Shown here piece by piece: positions 50,444-59,024 of a DNA stretch of 64,000 bases. The translations under genes and the position numbers were made by a program. This stretch comes from a virus (Duplodnaviria; Caudoviricetes), in IMG/VR virus record IMGVR_UViG_2908369612_000002, positions 1 through 64,000 of that record; one strand, 5' to 3'. Position 1 is the first letter of the stretch. Each line of letters begins with the position of its first letter. A model generated the notes under the pieces. The model saw nothing but the letters and a program-made list of their open reading frames with translations, was not told the origin of the DNA and searched no databases.

Positions 50444-50833
50444 ATGTATAGCAGTAAAAAAGACCAAGAAATAATGGATTTTGTAATTCGTAGTATTGAA
50501 GAAAGCCCTAAACGTAATCTAAAAGTTAGTGATTTTAATGGAACAAGTATTAGAATAACTGGATTCTACTTGGATATGAACTCCCTTGAAGATGCCGAAC
50601 GTCTACACGATCTCCTTCCTCCCGCTCATCAAAAGGTTAAATTGGATGACAAAGAACTAGGGCGAAAGATTAGTTCCGCATTAGATAAAAGCGGAAATCT
50701 AGATATCATCAAACAAAAAGCAGAAGTAGAAGCTAAGGGTAAAATCGATTTTTCTAAAATTAAACTCGATGCTCCTTCCCTTCCAGGAGAGGACGGTTTA
50801 GCTATTACTTTCAGTATTCCTTACGAAAAGTAG
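50444..50833 (+). CDS. Hypothetical protein with its own SigA-like promoter
   Basis: RBS AAGGAGG; TG-N-TATAAT upstream. Confidence 0.7.
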   Translation: MYSSKKDQEIMDFVIRSIEESPKRNLKVSDFNGTSIRITGFYLDMNSLEDAERLHDLLPPAHQKVKLDDKELGRKISSALDKSGNLDIIKQKAEVEAKGKIDFSKIKLDAPSLPGEDGLAITFSIPYEK

Positions 50834-50988
50834 TACCTGACCAACCGAATCCACCCTCACCTCGATCGCTATCGCCGAGCGCATCAACTTCCGTAAACAC
50901 CGCCTGCTCAACTGGCTTGATTACGGCTTGCGCGTGCGTAGATCGGAATCTGTGCGTCCGGCGATAAGCGTTTTATATTTCCGTTCAT
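50831..50988 (-). pseudogene. dut: Internally deleted dUTPase remnant
   Basis: MNGNIKRLSPDAQIPIYA fused out of frame to AQAVIKPV...DRGEGGFGWSG (dUTPase motifs 4 and 5). Confidence 0.8.
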
Positions 50989-51016
50989 TTCGTTCCTCCT
51001 AACAATTGATTAAAAA

Positions 51017-51472
51017 CTATCTTTTATTTAGACTTAATGGGATAAAATCTTCATTGTAAAACTCTTCCCACTCAGCAATTAAGTTTCTATAATAGTTTTG
51101 GTTAGAGTCGGTTGGCATAGATTCAATATTGTCAAAACCATTAATACCGACATCTAATTCTGCTGTCACTAATCCTTGGTAAAACTTCTTATAATTCTTT
51201 TTAATTACTTTGAAAAATTCAACATCAAAGAAGTCTTCATATTCAGTTGCTCCACTCCAAGAATCATAAGAGGACTCAACACGATAATTAAAAAGAACCA
51301 AAACTAACTCATCTTTCACATCTTTTGATATTTGCTCCATTAATTGATTTAGTCCTTCACTGGCATTAAAATCTACAATGCCTAATCGGAAGTCAATCCA
51401 AGTAACAGCTTCATCTTTTAACCTTCCTTCTCCGTCTTCATTCACTTCAATTAATACATATCCGTCAGCCAT
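51017..51472 (-). CDS. Acidic hypothetical protein
   Basis: 151-aa ORF with RBS GGAGG. Confidence 0.7.
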   Translation of the reverse strand: MADGYVLIEVNEDGEGRLKDEAVTWIDFRLGIVDFNASEGLNQLMEQISKDVKDELVLVLFNYRVESSYDSWSGATEYEDFFDVEFFKVIKKNYKKFYQGLVTAELDVGINGFDNIESMPTDSNQNYYRNLIAEWEEFYNEDFIPLSLNKR

Positions 51473-51595
51473 AATTCCCTCCTAATTTGTTTAAAATCAC
51501 GATTTTAATTTAACTTTAATGTGTATCATCTTGAGAAAATCCCCTTTAATTGGTAAGCTGACACCAGATCATACTTATACAAAGCAGGTGATGTC

Positions 51596-51970
51596 ATGAA
51601 TAAAATAATCGGAATGGCTGGATTAATTATCTCCTTAATTGTGTCAGGGTTTTCAACAAGTGATTCATTGACTAAAAAGATCGCTATGGCTTGTCTATTT
51701 TTGTTCTTATTGATTTATAATTTTGAACATACTAAGGAGTTCTCTAAAAAGTCTTTGGCTATTATAGGCTCTTCCTTCATTGTATTAATGCTTGGAATTT
51801 ATGAATTGCTCTCTATAACTGGTGATTATTTTGAGAGCCATGGCTTAAATATGGGCCTTATCATTTTACTTGAGATTGTCTTAGTTATTGTATTAGTGTC
51901 TGCTGCGCTAAGTTTAATTAAGTATATGGCTGATCGGTTAAGGAAAACACCTGATGGTAAAGAGCTTTGA
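51596..51970 (+). CDS. Multi-TM membrane protein (YoqO-like)
   Basis: Four hydrophobic segments. Confidence 0.7.
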   Translation: MNKIIGMAGLIISLIVSGFSTSDSLTKKIAMACLFLFLLIYNFEHTKEFSKKSLAIIGSSFIVLMLGIYELLSITGDYFESHGLNMGLIILLEIVLVIVLVSAALSLIKYMADRLRKTPDGKEL

Positions 51971-51983
51971 CTCTTTGCCTTTT

Positions 51984-52199
51984 TTAAGCTAAATATTTCT
52001 TCTTATGCCGTCTTCTATGTACAAAATCAAATGCGATATCAGCTTTTGCTGGTTCCTTCACCTCTGCTACTCGCTCCGTAACAACAATCACTTGGCCATT
52101 TTCCTGGCGATCAATGCTCTGAACTGAATATCCTTTAGCAGCGTAATACTCTCCTATAATTTCATCAACCTGGTTGCTATGCAGATTCATCTTCATCAC
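51984..52199 (-). CDS. YoqN-like protein
   Basis: 71-aa ORF with RBS GGAGG. Confidence 0.55.
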   Translation of the reverse strand: MMKMNLHSNQVDEIIGEYYAAKGYSVQSIDRQENGQVIVVTERVAEVKEPAKADIAFDFVHRRRHKKKYLA

Positions 52200-52403
52200 T
52201 AATATAACCTCCGCTTATTTTATTTTTATTCTATATTTTTTATGATTCCATCCTATAATCCATCTCTCCATTTGCCTTCTCATCTATCACGACATTAACC
52301 GACACACAATTTCCATATATATGGGAGTAATTTCGCTATTTCCCTATCCGCAAAAACCATATAATGTAATTGCAAGAAAAAATTATAAGAATGGGGGATT
52401 TAC

Positions 52404-52685
52404 ATGAGTTACAAAAAAGCATTAACAGGTGTTGCATTATCTATAGGTTTACTTGTTTCAGCATCTCCAGCATTCGCTGCAAGTACAAGCCCAAGCCCGG
52501 ATCAGGGAATAGCTAATGTTGCAAGTGATGATTTTAAAGCTCAAGCTATCACTTGGGATTTACCTAGCAGTACAGGTATTTTTGCCAACTCATTTGAAGA
52601 CGGCGGATATCGCTGGTATTTAAAAGGTATTACGAAAGTTTCAGATGGATATTGGATTGGGCACTATGAAGGTGTACGAATATAA
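52404..52685 (+). CDS. Secreted LCI-family antimicrobial peptide precursor
   Basis: Signal peptide; C-terminal AITWDLPSSTGIFANSF..G..W.LK...GYWIGHYE aligns with LCI AIKLVQSPNGNFAASF..G..W..K...GYWVGIYE. Confidence 0.72.
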   Translation: MSYKKALTGVALSIGLLVSASPAFAASTSPSPDQGIANVASDDFKAQAITWDLPSSTGIFANSFEDGGYRWYLKGITKVSDGYWIGHYEGVRI

Positions 52686-52820
52686 GATCGCAATTGGGGG
52701 CTTCTAGCTCCCTTTTTAAATTCAATGTTTTTCTTCGAAGTAATATAAAATATGAACTTACGATAGAGTATTATTATTGATTATTTTGTCCAGTCCTCTC
52801 TAGATAAAATAATCCTTTTA

Positions 52821-52997
52821 TTATGATTTATATTTCAACGCTTTTATTTCTTCTTCATACAAAGGAAGAATAACCTTTTCAGCTTCGGTTTTAGACACAC
52901 CATGCTGCTCCATATAAGTTACAATATCCATTCCAATGTTATTCCCTAGTTCAGTTTCCCAAACTATGTGATTAGCCATAGCAAGATTGCCGTCCAT
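52821..52997 (-). CDS. Hypothetical protein
   Basis: MDGNLAMANH... after GAGGGG. Confidence 0.55.
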   Translation of the reverse strand: MDGNLAMANHIVWETELGNNIGMDIVTYMEQHGVSKTEAEKVILPLYEEEIKALKYKS

Positions 52998-53049
52998 TAA
53001 GTTTGTCCCCTCTCTCTTTAAAACAGTCTTTTTATTCAGATCCATGAGT

Positions 53050-53244
53050 TTACTCGTATTCAACAACGACCTCCTCATTGTCTACAAACAGATCATTCCC
53101 ATTTGATAAGTGTACCCAGAAAGCTTCCTCAGGTTCTTCTCTATAGTCATAAATTGCGACCACCTTTGTATTTGATTCTTTGCTTATCGGTTTCCCGACA
53201 GTTATTTTTGTATTCTCTTCAGGTAAAATAATTGATTTAATCAT
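53050..53244 (-). CDS. YoqI-like protein
   Basis: 64-aa ORF. Confidence 0.55.
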   Translation of the reverse strand: MIKSIILPEENTKITVGKPISKESNTKVVAIYDYREEPEEAFWVHLSNGNDLFVDNEEVVVEYE

Positions 53245-53292
53245 TTATATCAATCCAATCCAAGTTTGTTTTACACTGTTGCCCCAAGACTT

Positions 53293-53745
53293 TCAATAAC
53301 AGGATTCAATATTTTTCGTTAATATACTCGGCCCCAACTTTTGTGTGCTAGAATTTGACAGACGCACTTGCACTTTAACATTCTTCATTTCGGCCGAAAT
53401 TGTGTCAATTCTTCCCGCCCAACTAGGACTCTCTTCCTCAGGAGTAGGATAAAGTTTAAACCGCCAACTAATCTCACCTGGTTTAGTAGCAAATCCTTCG
53501 TAACTGTCGTAATTTCCAAAAGAAGAAGGTGCAGGAAGATGGACAGCAAGAATGCTTATATTGGTTCTGGCAGCACTCGGTGGGTTCAATTGCACCTTAT
53601 AGATTAATGCTACACCTTTAGCATTTTTAAGATTTTTATCTACCGGTTCCAGTATTACACTGCAAGGCATTGGACTGGCGTTTGTTTGAATGGGATAGGC
53701 AACAATAATACTTAATAAGGATAAAACTAAAATAAATTGTTTCAT
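53293..53745 (-). CDS. Secreted protein (YoqH-like)
   Basis: Signal peptide MKQFILVLSLLSIIVAYP. Confidence 0.7.
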   Translation of the reverse strand: MKQFILVLSLLSIIVAYPIQTNASPMPCSVILEPVDKNLKNAKGVALIYKVQLNPPSAARTNISILAVHLPAPSSFGNYDSYEGFATKPGEISWRFKLYPTPEEESPSWAGRIDTISAEMKNVKVQVRLSNSSTQKLGPSILTKNIESCY

Positions 53746-54255
53746 TGAAAGTTCCTCACAATTTTTTTAGTTAATTTTCCTTATTTCTGGCTTGATTATT
53801 CATATGTATTTAATTAGAACTTCAATTTTAATTAGATTCTGTTTTTTCATCCCAATTAAAGTGTTTGGGTCTAGCGACAAATTCGTAGTTCTCCTCCCAA
53901 TCAAATTGTTTTAAACCATCTTTTTCAAATTCCCAGCATTCGCCGAGTAAAGGGTCATCTAATTCAGGAACTCTTTTTTTAAAGTTCGAAGTTTGTTGAA
54001 ATGACTATCTGTTTTAAATTTAACTTTATCCATTGGTGCAAATTTCACTTTTCCATCTACTTTCTTTTAATTTTTCTTATTTCAAAACGCCATTAGTATG
54101 CATCTGTACCAATTCGATTGAATAACTCTTTTCTTGCTTTTGTTTTTGAAGGCTCCTCAATTCCAAAGCAAAACTTTCGTGACCTAGTACTGTAAACTCC
54201 GTATAAAACATCATTCTCCATCTTCCATCCTCCCTTTTTCAATAAAATTTTACTT

Positions 54256-54492
54256 TTAATCTGATTCCCTCATGTCCTCCCGCTGCTCAATATAACTTTT
54301 AAAGTCCTCCCACTCCCTATCGATCTCTTTAATATTCCTAGCAATATAGGTTTCTGCAATGTCTGGTTCAATCAACTTTTGAAGAGAAAGTTGGTACATA
54401 AATTCAATCTTTGACACTGTTTCTAGAAATGACTGCGCATAACTTTTTGCTCTATTTAAACGATATTGACTCATTCCATGTTTTGATTTCAT
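54256..54492 (-). CDS. Hypothetical protein
   Basis: RBS AAGGAGG. Confidence 0.6.
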   Translation of the reverse strand: MKSKHGMSQYRLNRAKSYAQSFLETVSKIEFMYQLSLQKLIEPDIAETYIARNIKEIDREWEDFKSYIEQREDMRESD

Positions 54493-54504
54493 GCTGTTAC
54501 CTCC

Positions 54505-54723
54505 TTAATTTATACTTTTACAATGATCAGCATAAACAGTGGCTTTTTTACCATCATTAAAGATTACATGGTAAGCGCTGTATGTATATGGGTGCCAGTA
54601 CGGACGTTCATATGCACCAACAACAGTTGCTTCCCCAATCATATCTTGTGAATATGCTCGATTTTCTCGACAAGAGTAAACCAATACTTTAAACGGTTTA
54701 CCAACAGATTTAATATTTTCCAT
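54505..54723 (-). CDS. Hypothetical protein
   Basis: RBS GAGGAG. Confidence 0.6.
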   Translation of the reverse strand: MENIKSVGKPFKVLVYSCRENRAYSQDMIGEATVVGAYERPYWHPYTYSAYHVIFNDGKKATVYADHCKSIN

Positions 54724-54963
54724 ATACTCTCTCCTCTTTTCTGTTTAAAATGCATCTTTTATTAAGATTGACTTTTTCAGTTAGCACCTAATACGCATCG
54801 TAATAATACACGTCATCGTATGCAATTTCCTTTGCTTCTTCATACTCCTCCATAAACCTACTAATAAAAGCACTTGCTTCTCGAATAGTGTTCCCTGTGA
54901 ATTTTTCATTCAAAAACAATTCCATGTCTCTGATTAATCTCAATTGTTTTTCTGTTGCTTTTC

Positions 54964-55365
54964 TCACTCCGCACCCTCCGTTTCTGGCGTGTATCTCATA
55001 TTGATTAACGCTTCGTATGTTGTATTAATAACTGCGTTTACACTGTTTGTATTGTATGACCTATACGGCATATCCTCATTTTCATTTATCGCAAATTCGT
55101 ACATGTTGATATCATTATCAAAAGCAAGTTTAAAATTATTGAATCTGGAATCAGTTTCTAACGCTTTGAAAATATCACTGACAAAGTCCGCACCTCTCCA
55201 CATGTGACGAATACGACACACGTAGTTACCGCCTTCATCGAATAAACTCACAGGAGATTTGTACCCTGTACTTGAGTACGGACTCATTCTTAATAAGTCG
55301 GTGATGATTAATTTAACTTTTCCGTCTGTATTCTCCCAAAAATCGATTGTGTTTTTCGCCATCAC
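54964..55365 (-). CDS. Hypothetical protein
   Basis: Coupled ORF ending EGAE. Confidence 0.65.
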   Translation of the reverse strand: MMAKNTIDFWENTDGKVKLIITDLLRMSPYSSTGYKSPVSLFDEGGNYVCRIRHMWRGADFVSDIFKALETDSRFNNFKLAFDNDINMYEFAINENEDMPYRSYNTNSVNAVINTTYEALINMRYTPETEGAE

Positions 55366-55547
55366 TCCGCGCCCTCCTCATCTTCTGCATATCTGAAACA
55401 AGTACAATCTTCTATTTCCAATCTTAATTCCCGATTCTCTTCCTTCAGCCGCCGAATTTCTTCCTCATCAACCCTAGATTTCCTTTTCAACCGCAGGACT
55501 TCGTTGAATAAATCTGCGTTTATTTGCTCTTGCGACAAATTACTCAC
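55362..55547 (-). CDS. Small coiled-coil protein
   Basis: Coupled ORF ending EGAE. Confidence 0.6.
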   Translation of the reverse strand: MSNLSQEQINADLFNEVLRLKRKSRVDEEEIRRLKEENRELRLEIEDCTCFRYAEDEEGAE

Positions 55548-55951
55548 TCCGCGCCCTCCAATAACTCAGGATTTTCAAACACGTTGCCAATTACTTTGAC
55601 TTCATCACGCCGCAACCATAAGTGCCTATAAAAACCTTCTTTTTTGCTAACGTGATCCATTCTGTCAAATCCGTTTTTTCGCTCTATCACATAACGATCA
55701 ATGATATTTTCCTTAGACATAGGATGTATATAGGATTCCTCAGTAATATCCTTGTGGTATATCTCTCCGTCGTGCTTATCCTTCATCCCTGTATCCCACA
55801 TGAGAGCCGTTCCTTCTTCGTAACTTGCCGCAACAATAACCCTGCAACCGTCACACCATAAAATCCACTCAGTACCTTTGATTTCAAGACTCAACCCTTC
55901 ATCATCCCAATAATGCATCTGCTGTCCGTCCCACACTCGGTATGCTGTCAT
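55544..55951 (-). CDS. yopX: YopX-family protein
   Basis: YRVWD, TGMKD..GEIY..DI and VIGNVFENPELLE motifs. Confidence 0.8.
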   Translation of the reverse strand: MTAYRVWDGQQMHYWDDEGLSLEIKGTEWILWCDGCRVIVAASYEEGTALMWDTGMKDKHDGEIYHKDITEESYIHPMSKENIIDRYVIERKNGFDRMDHVSKKEGFYRHLWLRRDEVKVIGNVFENPELLEGAE

Positions 55952-56325
55952 TCCGTAGCCTCCTTCAATGCCAGGTTGGCTGTAGTAATTGCAAATTGAA
56001 GGTTGCAAGCGTTAGTTTCATTGTTAATCAAAGGCTTGAGAACAGCGATTTTATTTAAAGCTTTTTTGAAACCGTCATTCTCATATTTCAGCCGGTGAAT
56101 CTCTTCCTGAGCCTGCCGGAATTGATTGACCGTGACTTCCTGCTGGCGCTGATATTCCTCAATAATGGTCTGTTGCTTTTTCATGAAGCCGATCATTATG
56201 TCTTTGACATAACTCTGCTCGATGATGTAGCAAGGCCCTGCATTTATATCGAGTGGCTTCAATTCCTCTTCTGAAGCTAAATGCCACAATGACAAGTCAC
56301 TTATAATTTCCTGTAATTTATCCAT
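55948..56325 (-). CDS. Hypothetical coiled-coil protein
   Basis: 125-aa ORF with RBS GGGGAGG. Confidence 0.65.
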   Translation of the reverse strand: MDKLQEIISDLSLWHLASEEELKPLDINAGPCYIIEQSYVKDIMIGFMKKQQTIIEEYQRQQEVTVNQFRQAQEEIHRLKYENDGFKKALNKIAVLKPLINNETNACNLQFAITTANLALKEATE

Positions 56326-56388
56326 GCACGTTCCTCCCCATGTGTTAATCTAAATAAAACTTGCATTTTATATACTTATATTTTATTT

Positions 56389-56622
56389 TTACGGGTGATG
56401 TATCATCATAGCGTAATGTTTTGTACATCCTATGTATTCTCTTCGGTATTTGCTCCCTTTTTTATCAGAACCTCCAGCAACAAATTCATAGTAATGACTC
56501 TCAATTGGTTTAACGCATTCGTATCCAAGCTTCTCTTTTTCTATAATTCTTCTAACCAAACTTGCTTTATTGTTGTCGCTTAAAGTGATCATACGGTTTG
56601 TTGCAGATTTTACTATGTTCAT
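56389..56622 (-). CDS. Hypothetical protein
   Basis: 77-aa ORF with RBS. Confidence 0.55.
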   Translation of the reverse strand: MNIVKSATNRMITLSDNNKASLVRRIIEKEKLGYECVKPIESHYYEFVAGGSDKKGSKYRREYIGCTKHYAMMIHHP

Positions 56623-56916
56623 TAGCCTTCTCCCTCTTGGTTAAGTATTGTTTCTGTTATGTACATTCCTTCATATGCATAGTCAATAATTGAATGAAAT
56701 TCCCCAATCACTCTCCTTAAATCACCATTACTTTTATGATTAAGTAAAGCCACATATGAATCATTCAACTTGTTTAGTTTTTCATCTAAAAGCATCTGCC
56801 TCTACATCTTACCTCTTTAATATCCTTATTTTTTATACTTAACTATAACATAAATCACTTTACTGTTATTGTCAATCAAATTCGATCAAGTTTTTAAGAA
56901 TGATCGAATTTGATGT

Positions 56917-57114
56917 TTAATCAGTGAACCTAAATATTAATTCATTGATATTGTCTCTTATTTTAATAAGATTCTCTGGGGTCACAGAAACTGTGAGGTC
57001 TAGCCTTTTGCCGTTAAAGTTTAAAAGGAATTGATAATTCTCAGAAGTCAGTACTTTTTTTGTCAGTTTTAGGTTGACGTTGTTGTAATCCTGAAGATCA
57101 ACAGATAATTTCAC
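56917..57114 (-). CDS. YopU-like protein
   Basis: 65 aa from GTG; follows yopT. Confidence 0.5.
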   Translation of the reverse strand: MKLSVDLQDYNNVNLKLTKKVLTSENYQFLLNFNGKRLDLTVSVTPENLIKIRDNINELIFRFTD

Positions 57115-57182
57115 GTGTTCACCTACAAAGCTCCAACTATGCTGTGATTCATGCTGCAATGGAGTCTTCCTATTTATTTTAT

Positions 57183-57404
57183 TTAATACGTTTCTTCAGT
57201 GTTCGTTATTTCGTATTCAATGTCGCACAACTTAAATTTCTCAACAGTACCGTCAGCTTGGGCAAAGGACACCTCTCTTGCTACCAGCAATTTTTCACAA
57301 AGTCTTTCTACAATACCTACTGAGATTTCTTCATTTTTCGCCTTATTTTTTAATACAATTTCAAGATTTAACGAGATGTTGTTCAAATAACCTGCCATCC
57401 TCAT
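57183..57404 (-). CDS. yopT: YopT
   Basis: MAGYLNNI.LNLEIVLKNKA...EYEITNTEE. Confidence 0.75.
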   Translation of the reverse strand: MRMAGYLNNISLNLEIVLKNKAKNEEISVGIVERLCEKLLVAREVSFAQADGTVEKFKLCDIEYEITNTEETY

Positions 57405-57446
57405 TCTCCTATACTATAATTTTCTCTTTTTTGACAGCTCGACAAG

Positions 57447-57460
57447 GGAACAAGCGTTCT
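57447..57460. promoter_or_regulatory. LexA SOS box between yopT and yopS
   Basis: GGAACAAGCGTTCT fits GAAC-N4-GTTC. Confidence 0.75.
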
Positions 57461-57582
57461 GTTTTGTTTAATAACATTATACATTTAATGTGGGTATTAC
57501 GCTAGTGGTTATTTGAAGTCATCGTATGGTATGATATGTATTATGTCTTTCCATAACAGAACTAGCAGGAGGATGTCCGATT

Positions 57583-57807
57583 ATGATCAAAGTTGAGATC
57601 GGGCAATGCTTGATACCTGAACTTTGTAGAAAGAAAGACATTACAATCAATGAGCTGGCAGAAATAGTCGGCATGAAGAAACAGCAATTGAGCGATTATA
57701 ATCGGTTGAAAAAGACAGAAATGACAATTAGAACTGCTAAAAGAATCGCTGCTGCATTAGATTGTAATGTGGAAGACCTCTATGAATTCAAGGTTGAACG
57801 GCATTGA
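57583..57807 (+). CDS. yopS: XRE-family HTH regulator (YopS)
   Basis: INELAEIVGMKKQQLSDY...IAAALDC.VEDLY. Confidence 0.85.
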   Translation: MIKVEIGQCLIPELCRKKDITINELAEIVGMKKQQLSDYNRLKKTEMTIRTAKRIAAALDCNVEDLYEFKVERH

Positions 57808-57991
57808 GTTAATGACTAAGACTAATGTCTTGGTCTCCTCCTGAGTAAACCATATGGTTTACATGACTATATTACTACAGGTTACCAATTGTGGAAAGGG
57901 TTTATTTTGTCTTAATTTGTCGAATTTCAAATTATTTTTAAAATCAGTTTAAAATATAATATTTATACTTATTTTTACTTTTTGTCTCAAT

Positions 57992-58019
57992 AAAAAACCC
58001 ACTCAAGATTGAGTGGGTT
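57992..58019 (-). terminator. Rho-independent terminator of the sro operon
   Basis: AACCCACTCAA-G-A-TTGAGTGGGTT hairpin with a T tract on the - strand. Confidence 0.75.
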
Positions 58020-58026
58020 GATGAGA

Positions 58027-59016
58027 CTATATGGTTTCTTCTTTTAATCCTAATTCCTCCGCATAACATTTCTTTACTTCGTCTTCATTTATATAGTCTT
58101 TCATATTGTAGACCGCTCTGTGTTTATTGCTAACAATCAAATTAAAGTCATCTATGATTTGGTATCTGACAGAGTTATCAATCACGCCCTTCTCTTTATA
58201 TAATTGGTAAGCGCGATATAAGTGCCCTGACCTAACAATAGTGTTTGGAGTGAGGAAATTAATTTTAAAGAAATCTGAGATATCGGTAATTAGATTTGTA
58301 ACTATGTGTTTACCTGCTTCCCCATCGTGTTTACTTCTTGTTTTCTTTGTCTTGATTACATAATCATTTTCAGCTAATGATACTTCTTTCGTTTGACCCT
58401 CTGCTCTACCATTTTTTAATTTATATTTAGTCTCCTTGGAAGCATTTAACGCTATAACAAGACAATCACTACTTACTTTTAATTTCCGAATACCGTTCTT
58501 TTTGTCATGTAGCGTCAATACATTGTCATTTAACATTGCTTCTTCTATTTGCTGTTTCGACAAACTAAGGAGTTCAGAATGTGCTAGTCCTGATATGCCT
58601 TCAAATAAGCATCTTAAGACTGCTTTAGACTGGTAATTAAGCAATTTATCTTGCATGTCCTCTAGTTCACTAAAAGAAATGTAAAGTTTCTTATCACCTA
58701 GACATTCATACAATTCATCAGTTGAAATAGTTCTTGCTAAATTCACTGTTCCTTTACTTAAATTATAAGATGCCGCCCAATCTATATACATTGACAATAA
58801 TGATAAAGTTCTTTTTACGCTCCCAATTGTCGTTTGATCATAAGACCTAATTAATTCAAGAATCTGCATAGAGGTAAAATCGTAGATGTCTTTACTATAG
58901 AGATTTTCTGTTATCTCTGATTTTGAAAACAAAGGTTTTAATTGATGAGCTACCGCTTCTGAAACAGTATCTAGGTACTTTTCCTTAATATCACTATTGT
59001 ACATTACGTCAAACAT
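58027..59016 (-). CDS. mrpR: Master repressor MrpR/SroF (YopR), integrase fold
   Basis: MYNSDIKEKYL, LFEGI.G..HSEL and TPNTIVRSG; last gene of the six-gene operon. Confidence 0.85.
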   Translation of the reverse strand: MFDVMYNSDIKEKYLDTVSEAVAHQLKPLFSKSEITENLYSKDIYDFTSMQILELIRSYDQTTIGSVKRTLSLLSMYIDWAASYNLSKGTVNLARTISTDELYECLGDKKLYISFSELEDMQDKLLNYQSKAVLRCLFEGISGLAHSELLSLSKQQIEEAMLNDNVLTLHDKKNGIRKLKVSSDCLVIALNASKETKYKLKNGRAEGQTKEVSLAENDYVIKTKKTRSKHDGEAGKHIVTNLITDISDFFKINFLTPNTIVRSGHLYRAYQLYKEKGVIDNSVRYQIIDDFNLIVSNKHRAVYNMKDYINEDEVKKCYAEELGLKEETI

Positions 59017-59024
59017 CTCCTAAG

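Larger units (their letters stand above)
5220..56370. repeat. Dispersed 16-bp site TAAAA-N6-TTTTA at gene boundaries (24 perfect copies)
   Basis: Starts: 5220, 7989, 9818, 12186, 13717, 19342, 20898, 23157, 23938, 25174, 26537, 26688, 27171, 40545, 44849, 45043, 48735, 50218, 51492, 52805, 53019, 54243, 54746, 56355. One-mismatch or near variants at 5803, 6159, 14983, 46241, 47488, 53815. Confidence 0.9.

Noticed and set aside
5220-56370. TAAAA-N6-TTTTA as Rho-independent terminators or a CRISPR-like array
   Set aside because: A 5-bp A/U-only stem is too weak for an intrinsic terminator, and many copies lie within co-directional gene runs. Spacing is irregular and gene-sized, unlike CRISPR. 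An RNA-level or repressor-site role is not excluded.
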